A stretch of DNA of 64,000 nt, taken from positions 23,333 to 87,332 of the forward strand of contig JAUSEG010000005.1 in assembly GCA_030650415.1 (NCBI GenBank). Direction: 5' to 3'. A program made the position numbers and the translations under genes. The notes beneath the pieces were generated by a model, which worked only from the letters and a program-made list of their open reading frames with translations, searched no databases and was not told where the DNA came from. Positions within the stretch are counted from its first letter, which is position 1; each line of letters begins with the position of its first letter. The DNA comes from a bacterium (GTDB taxonomy: Bacteria; Patescibacteriota; Patescibacteriia; Patescibacteriales; GWC2-42-12). Shown here one piece after another: positions 9,501 through 16,956 of the stretch.

Positions 9501-10228
9501 ACGGTTAAGCCAGAGCCCGCGCCGATTGATCCGCCCGCGCCTGACGAAGTATCAGTTAGGGTGGCAACCGCGCCCGAGATGCTAGCGCCAACAACCGGTT
9601 TAGCGATCGTGGCGGTGATAACATCAGCCCATTTAAATCTGTTGGCTAAGAAAGCCGCTTCGGTAGCGATCTTTGAAGCTGTGGTATCAGCATTGATAAG
9701 ATAAACATCAGCTTCAGTGCCAAACTTCACTAAACTGCCCTGAGGATAAGAGGTCGCGCTGACTACGCTGGTAAGGGTAATGTAGTTGGTAAAGAAAGCG
9801 TCAGACACATCAATAATCCTCTTATTCCATTGTGATCCGAATAAAGTCGCGGCCGTCGCTTCATCAGGAACGCCCACTAAAGAGCCTCCGGCGACAACGG
9901 CGTAAACTTTCGGATTAGTAGTAATTTTAACTAATTTAGTACCCGGTCTAACGGTGACATTCTTACCCAGAGGATATGACTCTAACTCGCTTTGAGAAAT
10001 AGTCACAACGCTGGAGAAATCACTGTACCAGGAAAAATAAGTTGACTCATTAGGGAAAACATATCTCTTTCCGTCAGCGGCCAAGTAATAAACGGACGAA
10101 AGTCCGCTCATCTTGATTAAGTCACCGGCTGAAGCGTTGGCACTCACATTAGGAGCTACCACTACGCTCATTGATAAGACGGTAACGAAAATTACGCCTG
10201 CGGCAAAGATTTTCTTGAATCTTTCCAT
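6551..10228 (-). CDS. Very large secreted surface (S-layer-like/adhesin-like) protein
   Basis: Start moved to MERFKKIFAAGVIFVTVLSMSVVVAPNVSANA (signal peptide). About 1225 aa, rich in A/T/S/V/G and free of Cys. At least 5 divergent ~110-130-aa modules recur with the pattern ...V.LYD.....V......F.F.....I.AG.T....V.ADI. Confidence 0.7.
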   Translation of the reverse strand: MERFKKIFAAGVIFVTVLSMSVVVAPNVSANASAGDLIKMSGLSSVYYLAADGKRYVFPNESTYFSWYSDFSSVVTISQSELESYPLGKNVTVRPGTKLVKITTNPKVYAVVAGGSLVGVPDEATAATLFGSQWNKRIIDVSDAFFTNYITLTSVVSATSYPQGSLVKFGTEADVYLINADTTASKIATEAAFLANRFKWADVITATIAKPVVGASISGAVATLTDTSSGAGGSIGAGSGLTVSLASDTAAASTIPAGSPTSFLKINLTASNDGAVSVSAIKLKTFELGTATYVDSVTFYDNGVKVGTAKNINSDKEATFNFSTPIVVAAGTTKSLVVKATIVAGQTSGNFALGIAAASDITTNGAAVSGSFPVRGNVQAVTSSTIGTVTMSNLGTSDTSNDFGEDNVLLAKFDLTAANEAVIFSGFAMKNGGTNTAGIVGNMRVVIDGDEVVKGGELVDKIVTFSFNKVIAKNDTITVEVYGDIGIGNTTNTIDLYFYEAGDLYFTGQDYGYGIEIGSSYFANIDGVSEGIVVTLTAGDVTIDMDKTVTPSKDVRPGDNAVILATVKVLSAGENATITALGAGADSFYITGTNPSCTKLDNAVLRDTVTGASYDLTIASSTTASYCKLTNSDEISLVKGVTKTYQIKVDVAGTNDTNPAVDSDTLQVVLKSTGFTISGDDSDASLQSSITPTSVSSAIATVKTASLTWQTTALTAKTIVPSAKDVVVYAASLEAGASSAVTLTSVKIHSTSTVASAFSDTNISQLRLYVDNKLVKTVAGGIVEPASGTAGYINFTSLDTTNRVIPAGKTVTLEVKADFSSTFSPTGVIGLTADGVAASIVAQDKDSNAVAESVKNAATLSRTLTLASAGTLKVELTVTDLKSNTNTILLAGSKITSGDKYLGKLTFTTANEPIKVKTLVLGQQGTARADDIASVELYDKNEVLVASKGVSTLGDANFSDLNLVLSADNVHEYFIGVTARGINVEGDPSATADDAETIIYTLASSTQLTQLGLSADDAVTAVGVDLGDDITLVEDTDASVAAGEYAEWGVATSTTATIHGSVLTSITNPMSNTTLSNGNDQIIGKYKFIFNNGSNRNSDNTELKARLVTLGLSIATSSGVFVNNIQVYIDGDSSNKTTAVQEDGSTGTASSTFSQLSGTTEDVDGEVTIVIEGDISGVDASGDFVQTKIADLTYRFVYNGNNGTGTDVSNVLLNVSEVIGAKLSY

Positions 10229-10243
10229 AGATAAATTTTGTTT

Positions 10244-10290
10244 ACCCTGTGAAATCCCTACGGGATGCGTAGCATATTTCACAGGGTGAA
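10244..10290. repeat. Type-2 hairpin element in the leader of the surface-protein gene
   Basis: ACCCTGTGAAAT-CCCTACGGGATGCGTAGCAT-ATTTCACAGGGTGAA. It ends 15 nt upstream of the ATG at 10228. Confidence 0.75.
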
Positions 10291-10728
10291 TCCGGTTAAA
10301 TAATAAAATTATTTAACCTGGATGCTTGACTCGTTTTTTAAATTAAGATCTTGGCAAATCAACCGGAATCCCGCTCCCCCGCGAAAAAAATACGATTTTT
10401 CTGGCTTCGCCAGATCTGGCATAGCCAGACAATTTACGATTTTCGAATTTAGAATTTTAATTCGTAATTCGAAATTCATAATTCGTAATTCCTTCTGGGG
10501 GTTAGCTTGCTGATTTACCTCGTGGCTCGCGACGATCAATCGCGGAGCCGTATCCCGGGACTAGCCCGGGACTAGAAATTTAAAAAACAAGTTGATTAAT
10601 TAGATTGGCAAAGTCTCCATCGAAATGGATCGACCATTTATAACTTTACCGTAACCCGCTTAATGCGGATTAGAGAATTTCTCTCAATTAAGAGATAAAC
10701 TATCTAATCAACACTAATTGTTTAGTAT

Positions 10729-10874
10729 TGTCATTGCGGGCTTGACCCGCAATCCAGATTTAATTTTCAAAAACACATACTAAGAGACAAAACGTTTATA
10801 CTTTTAACTCCTGGATTCCGGCTTCGTCTGCCGGTAGGCAGACTCTCCGCCAGCTGGCGGAGGCCGGAATGACA
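10729..10874. repeat. Type-1 mosaic palindromic element
   Basis: TGTCATTGCGGG...GGCCGGAATGACA. Contains the modules ATCCAG/CTGGAT, CTGCCGGTAGGCAG and CCGCCAGCTGGCGG. Confidence 0.85.
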
Positions 10875-10876
10875 GT

Positions 10877-11860
10877 TTACTGTGTACTGCTCGCCGTCTC
10901 GCTCGCGCCTTCAACCTGACCGACTTCAGTCTGATTAATAACTTTGTTTATTTCTCCAAGCTTATCTATGGCACCGTTAAGATTTTTTTCATCCACTAGC
11001 TTTTCCGCTTCGTCAAGCATCTGACCGGCCTGCTGTGAGCCTGCCGAACCAGCCGAATTAGCGTTTTCCGCCGTAGAAGTGGCGGTGGCCTGCTGTGAGC
11101 CTGCCGAATCAGCCGCAATTTGGTTTTCTAAAATTGGCTTAGAGGTGCTAGCCACCGGCTCAACTATTGGCGTTGGTTTAATTTGCCCGTCTGCCTGTCC
11201 GGCCTGCCTGCCGGTAGGCAAGGTAGACCCGCCGACTGGCGTGGCCGATTCGGATATTTCCAGCCTTTGATTATTCTTACCTAAATTAGCGCCAAAAACT
11301 TCTGATTCGGCTTCTTTTGACTTGGCCTGATCGGCGGCAGCCTTAATGACGGACAATCGATTTTTTACTTGGCTGATTTCTTTTTTAAAATTCTGCGATA
11401 GTTTTTCCAGCTTGTCATTATTAACTGTAGCGGTTTGACCCTTATCTTCTAAAACCTGAATCATTTCCTTAGCGCGATTAGTGGCAAACTCAACGCCTAG
11501 TTTGGCCTTATCTTTTTCATCAAAGGTCATAGCGAACTGCGCCCGCTCGCTGATAATTTTCGCGATATATAATGAATCGCCGGGTTTAGTATTTTTTGAG
11601 GCGTAAACGCCGCCGATGCCAACCACTAAAATTAAAACACTGGCTATAGAGGCTAGCCAAACCGGTTTAGCGAAGCTCATTAAAATTTGGCGCGGCATAA
11701 TACTCTCCCAAACTATTCTAATATCCGACTTCGGTTCGAGCTCCGGCTGACCGGCGGAAATTTGGCTAAACAAAATATCCCGATATTCTTTCTGCCAATC
11801 ATTATCGGGTTTAATGCTTTTTAAATTATTTAATTTTTTGAGAAGTTCTTGATCAGTCAT
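10877..11860 (-). CDS. Putative anti-sigma/membrane-anchored partner of the ECF sigma factor (DUF5667-like)
   Basis: Lies directly downstream of the sigma gene. Has a single TM segment (VWLASIASVLILVVGIGGVYA) followed by a helical PGDSLYIAKIISERAQF... region. The C-terminal low-complexity part includes repeat-derived LPTGRQAGQ and a 31-bp internal duplication. Confidence 0.45.
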   Translation of the reverse strand: MTDQELLKKLNNLKSIKPDNDWQKEYRDILFSQISAGQPELEPKSDIRIVWESIMPRQILMSFAKPVWLASIASVLILVVGIGGVYASKNTKPGDSLYIAKIISERAQFAMTFDEKDKAKLGVEFATNRAKEMIQVLEDKGQTATVNNDKLEKLSQNFKKEISQVKNRLSVIKAAADQAKSKEAESEVFGANLGKNNQRLEISESATPVGGSTLPTGRQAGQADGQIKPTPIVEPVASTSKPILENQIAADSAGSQQATATSTAENANSAGSAGSQQAGQMLDEAEKLVDEKNLNGAIDKLGEINKVINQTEVGQVEGASETASSTQ

Positions 11861-11867
11861 ATAGTAT

Positions 11868-12091
11868 TGTCATTGCGAGCCGCCCCTGTAATCTGGGCGG
11901 CGCGGTCATCGCTACGCGAGATCTGGCGTAGCCATGACAATCTCTGGTTCAATAGCACAAAACTTAACTATTTTTTTAATGCTCAACACCAATCTAAATT
12001 TATTTTAAAGTAGCATTTCTTAATTTCTTGTTCTTGCCAACTTACCAGAGATTGCTTCGTCTCCGCCAGCTGGCGGATCCTCGCAATGACA
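11868..12091. repeat. Type-1 mosaic palindromic element (long form)
   Basis: TGTCATTGCGAGCCGCCCCTGTAATC...CTCGCAATGACA. Contains GCTACGCGAGATCTGGCGTAGC, AATCTCTGGT/ACCAGAGATT and CCGCCAGCTGGCGG. Confidence 0.85.
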
Positions 12092-12096
12092 GGAAT

Positions 12097-12678
12097 TCAA
12101 GTATTTAAATTTATTTTTTCATCTTGGCTTAAAAGTCCTTTTAGGGCGTTCAAAGACCGATAAATTAAAATTCTAACATTGCCTCTTGATTTGTCTAAAA
12201 CCTCGGCGATTTCTTTAATGGAAAGTTCGTTGATAAAACGCAAAATTATTATTTCGCGATATTCGTCTTTCAACTCCGGTAATTTAGATTCTAAAACCAA
12301 GAGATCGGCTTTAAATTCCATGTCATAATGCGGACTCTGCTTTTCGTCGGCGACTTTAATTCCGTTTTCATCATCCAGACTAACGGTTTCTCGGCCCTTG
12401 GTTTTTCGGTAATGATCAATAATCAAATTTCTGGAAATTTTATAGAGCAGGGCCTTCAGCGTTTTATAATCCTTCAAATTATCTTTCAAAATATAATGCC
12501 AGGTCTTTAGAAACACGGCTGAACATAAATCCTCCGCCTCCTCGCGATTGCCTACCTTGAAATAAATAAATCGATACAGTTGATCAACATATAAATCATA
12601 AGCTCTAACAAAGGCATTTTTATCATTTTGCTTTATCTTATGCAGCAATAGTTTTTCTTCAATCTTGCCTATCTTCAT
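12097..12678 (-). CDS. RNA polymerase sigma factor, ECF/sigma-70 family
   Basis: Region 2 (YDLYVDQLYRFIYFKV..EAEDL..VFLK.W) and a region 4 HTH (EYREIIILRFINELSIKEIAEVLDKSRGNVRILIYRSLNALK). Confidence 0.85.
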   Translation of the reverse strand: MKIGKIEEKLLLHKIKQNDKNAFVRAYDLYVDQLYRFIYFKVGNREEAEDLCSAVFLKTWHYILKDNLKDYKTLKALLYKISRNLIIDHYRKTKGRETVSLDDENGIKVADEKQSPHYDMEFKADLLVLESKLPELKDEYREIIILRFINELSIKEIAEVLDKSRGNVRILIYRSLNALKGLLSQDEKINLNT

Positions 12679-12716
12679 TTAATTATACGTAAAAATTAGA
12701 GTATTGTTACAGTTTA

Positions 12717-12916
12717 CCCCGTGAAATAGCTTCGCACCCCGTTAAAACGGGGATTTCATGGGGTGAACCCCGTGAAATTGCTTCGCACCCCGTTAAAACG
12801 GGGATTTCATGGGGTGAACCCCGTGAAATTACTTCGCACCCCGTTAAAACGGGGATTTCATGGGGTGAACCCCGTGAAATTACTTCGCACCCCGTTAAAA
12901 CGGGGATTTCACGGGG
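12717..12916. repeat. Tandem array of four 51-bp type-2 hairpin units
   Basis: Units start at 12717, 12768, 12819 and 12870. Each unit is CCCCGTGAAATnnCTTCGCACCCCGTTAAAACGGGGATTTCA(T/C)GGGG(TGAA). There are no spacers. The array lies about 38 nt upstream of the sigma-factor ATG. Confidence 0.9.
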
Positions 12917-13062
12917 CAAATAAAAAAATAATCGTAGTAAACGAAAATAATTTGCTAAAATAAGCTATTTTTTTCTCATGCGGGATTCCGTCCAGCTGGA
13001 GAATAAATATATTGATTATAATAACATATAGATAAGCGAAAAGCAATAAAAACTCTCACAAT

Positions 13063-13186
13063 TGTCATTCTGGCCTACGAGCCGGAATCCAGAGTTCAAT
13101 AGCAAAGACGTTAATCATTCAACGTTCTTTAATAATTCACATTCCTACGGCTCACTCCTGGATTGCGGGTCAAGCCCGCAATGACA
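13063..13186. repeat. Type-1 mosaic palindromic element
   Basis: TGTCATTCTGGCC...CCCGCAATGACA with GGAATCCAG / CTGGATTGC inner arms. Confidence 0.8.
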
Positions 13187-13237
13187 TGTGGGTGTCTTGC
13201 ATTATTAAAAATAATGTGCAAAAATGTAGGTAACTTA

Positions 13238-13389
13238 CTTTAGTCTAGGTTGGCGTGGACTTAAATCATTATTTAAATAATAATACTTTAGTCTACAGTA
13301 GCGTGGACTTAAAGTTAACTACTCATAAACCCTAGCACCTTTTAAAAGGTGTCTGGGTAAACTTAAGTCTACAGTAGCGTAGACTTAAC
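13238..13389 (+). promoter_or_regulatory. Three ~27-bp direct repeats, each an internal palindrome (candidate operators or iterons)
   Basis: 13238-13265 CTTTAGTCTAGGTTGGCGTGGACTTAAA; 13287-13313 (TAGTCTACAGTAGCGTGGACTTA); 13362-13389 CTTAAGTCTACAGTAGCGTAGACTTAAC (perfect 8-bp arms AAGTCTAC/GTAGACTT). The last repeat ends 8 nt before the ATG at 13397. Confidence 0.55.
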
Positions 13390-13396
13390 TCCTAAA

Positions 13397-13705
13397 ATGA
13401 CACAAGATCAACTTAACCTAATAAACGACAATAAAATAAAAGCAGATGATACTGCTGATCAGGTTTTAAATAATGAAATTATTAAACCAATTTGGATTTC
13501 CGTTTCCGAGGGCGCCAAACTTGGCGGAGTGCAAACTAAAACTATTCGCCGCGCTATTCAATATAATTATGTTAAATACAAAATAGTTAGCAATCGTTAT
13601 TTAATTGACTTCCCTACTTTGATCACCTATTTGCACACTAAAACCAAGCTCAAAAATAAATTAAACCAATTCGGCCTAGGCCAATATGTGGATAAGTGGA
13701 AATAA
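13397..13705 (+). CDS. Small helix-turn-helix DNA-binding protein (excisionase/MerR-like HTH)
   Basis: 102 aa. WISVSEGAKLGGVQTKTIRRAIQ has the pattern of excisionase-type HTH domains. Confidence 0.5.
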   Translation: MTQDQLNLINDNKIKADDTADQVLNNEIIKPIWISVSEGAKLGGVQTKTIRRAIQYNYVKYKIVSNRYLIDFPTLITYLHTKTKLKNKLNQFGLGQYVDKWK

Positions 13706-13708
13706 TTA

Positions 13709-13792
13709 TGTCATTCTGGAGGGAGCGTCAGCGACCGATAGAATCTCATGGGATCCTATTGCTTCTCCGCCAGCTGGCGGATCGCAATGACA
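13709..13792. repeat. Type-1 mosaic palindromic element
   Basis: TGTCATTCTGGAGGG...CCGCCAGCTGGCGGATCGCAATGACA, 3 nt after the HTH gene's stop. Confidence 0.8.
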
Positions 13793-14227
13793 TAAATATT
13801 TATCACCCCTTAACCGGGGTTTTTTATTTGACAGCTACTAATAAATATTGCCCTGTGGATAAAAATTTGCTATAATAAAAACATAAACAAAACTTATCCC
13901 CACCTTTCGGAGGATAAACCCCAGGCTTATGTTTTGTTACTGCAGTCATTTTTTTCAACTAAATTTGAATGGGATTTTTATATAAAAATCGGCTGACTTT
14001 TGTTGTCGATTTTTTGTTTTCAAAAATAACTATTTATCAACCAATGCTGTAAAAAGTCGAACGCCCTTAAACCGGCGTACAGCATAAAACATTTGATAAA
14101 TTAAATTAATAATAAAATCTCCATGCCTAGGCATAGGCGCGTAGATAAATAAAAAAAGTAAAAATTAATATTCTGTTAGGCCTAAATATTAATTTTTATT
14201 AATTAAATTTAAGAAATTAAAAAGACT

Positions 14228-15016
14228 ATGAAAAAATTAATTAAATCAAAACTGTTTCTGCAGGTAATTGTCGCCTCCATGGTTGCCACGTTGGCCACGG
14301 CTGGAATTGTCGGCGCCGTTTCTACAATCGGAGCCAACATTAGTACTGCCGGAACTTTAAATGTAGATTCAGGCACTCTCTATGTCGGCACAACTGATCG
14401 GGTCGGCATCGGCACAACCACGCCATTCGCGAGCTTATCCATTAATAACATCAGCGGCGACAATGCCTTGGTTATCGGTTCGTCCACCGCCACCTGGCTA
14501 AAGGTTGACGCTTCCGGCTTATTGACGGTTGCCAAAGGCGCGACTTTCTCAGATACTCTGGCCGTCACCGGAGCCGCGACTCTTTCCAGCACTTTAGCAT
14601 CCGGCGCGCTTACAGTTACCGGAGCTGCTACTATTTCGACCACTTTAGGCGTAACCGGTGATCTTTCTTTTGTCAACGCTTCATCTACCGGCACAACCAA
14701 ACTTTCAGTAATTACCTCCGACACCGGATCAATTAGCTTTAGCAATGAAAACCTAACCACTACCGGCAATCTGGCTTTCGCCACGGCTTCTTCCACCGGC
14801 CAGGTAAAAGTAGATACTCTGGGCGTAGCTTCCACTACTCCTGCTAATGGATATCAATTAAGCGTTGGCAATGGGGCGTCAGCCAGCTCAACTGTCAGTA
14901 TGGGTAAATTCTGTATGTTTGCCGGACAGGAAGATGGAACAATGGTCTATATCAGATTAAGTTCTACGGCAGCTAATAATTCGCCGTTCGCCACCTCAAC
15001 CATTCCGTGTAATTAG
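14228..15016 (+). CDS. Secreted fibre-like protein (tail-fibre-like G/T/A/S repeats)
   Basis: Signal/TM segment at the N-terminus. VGIGTTTPFASLSI resembles the GIGT..P...L motif of bacterial tail-fibre-like proteins. Periodic LxVTGAATxSSTL repeats. C-terminal Cys pair. Confidence 0.55.
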   Translation: MKKLIKSKLFLQVIVASMVATLATAGIVGAVSTIGANISTAGTLNVDSGTLYVGTTDRVGIGTTTPFASLSINNISGDNALVIGSSTATWLKVDASGLLTVAKGATFSDTLAVTGAATLSSTLASGALTVTGAATISTTLGVTGDLSFVNASSTGTTKLSVITSDTGSISFSNENLTTTGNLAFATASSTGQVKVDTLGVASTTPANGYQLSVGNGASASSTVSMGKFCMFAGQEDGTMVYIRLSSTAANNSPFATSTIPCN

Positions 15017-15050
15017 TAATTTATAAAGCCAAATTAATTAATTAAACTCT

Positions 15051-16523
15051 ATGAAAAAAATTCTAGTGATAACTGTCTTGGCTTTATTCTTGGCTACTCT
15101 GTCGGTTCTGGCGGTGACAGACTCGGATTTCACGGCTGACGATAATGTTGCCGTCACCTTGAATCTTAACGGCGTTGCCGGTGCCACCGAAGCTACTTTA
15201 ATGATTAAAAGCGGCTCTGAAGCGCGCAGTTTGGTAATTAACAGCATCGGCACTCTTGATATAGTTAACGCCAGTAGTACCTCTTTTAAGCTCTATTCAA
15301 CCGATACTAACGCCGGAGCCATTAAAGTCGCGAGTTCCACTACGCTGGTTAGCTGTACCGACTTCGCGGATGCTACTTTAAGCAGTCCGGTTACCATCGC
15401 CTCAAGCACCATGTACATTTCCACTTCCACTATTACTCTGATTGACCTGGATAATGCCCTGACCTATAATGATTCTTGCGGCGCGGCTTCATGCGATGTT
15501 GGTTATAGTCCATCAGGATCAAACGCAGACGCGACTTGCGTTCGCAATACTGGCGGTTCTAACCCGCCCAGCGGAGGAAGTCCTAGTCCAGTTACTTGCA
15601 CATCCGTAGTTTATGATATCTGGCAGACCGCCTGCACCAGCGGCTGGCAATACCGCAACGTTACATCGCAAAGCCCATCCGGCTGTACTTTAACCACCGC
15701 CCAAGAGAATGACAAAAAGAAGTCATGTACTGCTGCTGCTTGCACCTCCGTAGTTTATACTGACTGGCAAACCGCCTGCACCAGCGGCTGGAGATACCGC
15801 ACCGTTACATCGCAAAGTCCGTCCGGCTGTGCCTTAACTACCGCCCAAGAGAATGACAAGAAAAAAGCCTGCGTCTCCCCCGCCACTCCGGCGACTCCGG
15901 CAACGCCTGCTACGCCAGCTCAAGCCGCCGACCAGATAAAGAATATCGTCGCTGAAGCCGCGACGATCGCCGGACGCAGTGTTGAATCGGTCTTAGCTGC
16001 TGTCGGCGCGATGCAAGACGCCAAAGCCGAAGCCGCGGCCGAAAAAAAATATACTAATAGTTTAGTCAGCGGTTTAAAAAACATCACAGCCGAAATTAAA
16101 TCAGCCATCACCAACTTCATAAATTACGGCACCCCGACCACCCTAAAATTAGGCGCGGGCGAAAGAGCCGGCGTAATTAGTTCTTATAGAGCCGCTTTCG
16201 GCAAAGTGCCGGCTACCGAAACTGAATGGTCTGATGCGATTAAAATCGCTAATGGCCGCTGGCCAACCGCCAGAAGCGCCGCCGCCGAAGCTCAAGCTAA
16301 AGTTGAATTTAAGAAAGTTTACAAGCGAACACCGAATATGAATCAAACTAATGACAACGCCGCGGTTACCGTAATTTCTTATGGCTTAAGGCCGGGCAAC
16401 AGAAATCTGAATAGCGAAAAAGCCGCCATTAAAAGCTTTAAAGCGATTTATGGCCACGCGCCAGTGTCAGCAATAGCCTGGGATATCGTACGCGCTATCG
16501 CCTACTCAGGAGCAACCAGATAA
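15051..16523 (+). CDS. Secreted protein with two tandem Cys-rich 44-aa repeats, a PATP linker and a conserved C-terminal domain of unknown function
   Basis: Signal peptide MKKILVITVLALFLATLSVLA. Repeats CTSVVY..WQTACTSGW.YR.VTSQSPSGC.LTTAQENDKKK.C occur twice (about 15598-15870). (PAT)4 linker. Confidence 0.6.
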   Translation: MKKILVITVLALFLATLSVLAVTDSDFTADDNVAVTLNLNGVAGATEATLMIKSGSEARSLVINSIGTLDIVNASSTSFKLYSTDTNAGAIKVASSTTLVSCTDFADATLSSPVTIASSTMYISTSTITLIDLDNALTYNDSCGAASCDVGYSPSGSNADATCVRNTGGSNPPSGGSPSPVTCTSVVYDIWQTACTSGWQYRNVTSQSPSGCTLTTAQENDKKKSCTAAACTSVVYTDWQTACTSGWRYRTVTSQSPSGCALTTAQENDKKKACVSPATPATPATPATPAQAADQIKNIVAEAATIAGRSVESVLAAVGAMQDAKAEAAAEKKYTNSLVSGLKNITAEIKSAITNFINYGTPTTLKLGAGERAGVISSYRAAFGKVPATETEWSDAIKIANGRWPTARSAAAEAQAKVEFKKVYKRTPNMNQTNDNAAVTVISYGLRPGNRNLNSEKAAIKSFKAIYGHAPVSAIAWDIVRAIAYSGATR

Positions 16524-16538
16524 TAGGCCAATACAGAT

Positions 16539-16571
16539 AAACCCCCCACCAAATTTTGGTGGGGGGGTTTT
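16539..16571 (+). terminator. Rho-independent terminator
   Basis: AAACCCCCCACC-AAATTTT-GGTGGGGGGGTTTT, 16 nt after the stop at 16523. Confidence 0.8.
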
Positions 16572-16624
16572 AGTTTACAAGGATCCTTGAAGCGCCTAGC
16601 CAAACTTATCAAATTCCAAAAACT

Positions 16625-16657
16625 AAAAATACCTCGGCTAATGCCGAGGTATTTTTT
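16625..16657 (-). terminator. Rho-independent terminator after the HU gene
   Basis: AAAAATACCTCGGC-nnnn-GCCGAGGTATTTTT palindrome, with U-runs on either strand. Confidence 0.75.
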
Positions 16658-16674
16658 ATGGTTAAAACAGAAAT

Positions 16675-16956
16675 TTATAAAACCGCTTCTTTGGCCGCTT
16701 TAGCCACTCTGAATTTAACTACTGTCTTGGCCTTAATCTGAATGGATTCACCGGTCGCCGGGTTTCTGCCCATTCTGGCCGCGCGGTTGATTTTAACCAA
16801 TTTACCCAATCCCGGGATAACGAATTCGCCATTCTTTTTAACCTCTTTCAAGGCTAAAATGGCTAACTTCTCCATAAAACTTCCGACATCCTTCTTAGTC
16901 ATGCCGGTCTCGCCCGCCATAGCGTCTAACAATTGAGACTTTGTCAATTTTGACAT
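16675..16956 (-). CDS. hup: HU/IHF-family nucleoid DNA-binding protein
   Basis: 93 aa. MSKLTKSQLLDAMA...GFGKL-like GLGKLVKINRAARMGRNPATGESIQI arm motif. Confidence 0.9.
   Translation of the reverse strand: MSKLTKSQLLDAMAGETGMTKKDVGSFMEKLAILALKEVKKNGEFVIPGLGKLVKINRAARMGRNPATGESIQIKAKTVVKFRVAKAAKEAVL

Noticed and set aside
7236-9704. Plus-strand ORFs (206, 99, 61 and 116 aa) and the 8683-8889 minus-frame ORF inside the giant surface-protein gene
   Set aside because: They are antisense or off-frame shadows of a long gene with strongly periodic composition. They lack start contexts and overlap a far longer, signal-peptide-bearing ORF.
10309-10539. Small ORFs located entirely in repeat or spacer DNA (10309-10539, 10322-10513, 23764-23946, 45739-46032, 45785-46024, 50505-50693, 50581-50766, 57275-57478, 30351-30623)
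   Set aside because: They are composed of palindromic repeat modules (peptides such as ..SLAMT.., ..IPAFAGMT..). Both strands are open because of the symmetry, and there is no coding signal.
12717-12916. Possible CRISPR array
   Set aside because: The repeats are directly adjacent with no unique spacers, the unit is 51 bp, and no cas genes are in the window.
12707-12963. ORFs 12707-12919 (-) and 12763-12963 (+) with internally repeated peptide sequences
   Set aside because: Both are translations of the 51-bp tandem repeat array. Because 51 is divisible by 3, any frame stays open. There is no start context or coding composition.
15598-15870. Possible DGR template/variable repeat pair (two ~132-bp near-identical segments)
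   Set aside because: Both copies lie in frame in one gene as a domain duplication. The differences are not restricted to adenine positions, and no reverse transcriptase is present in the window.
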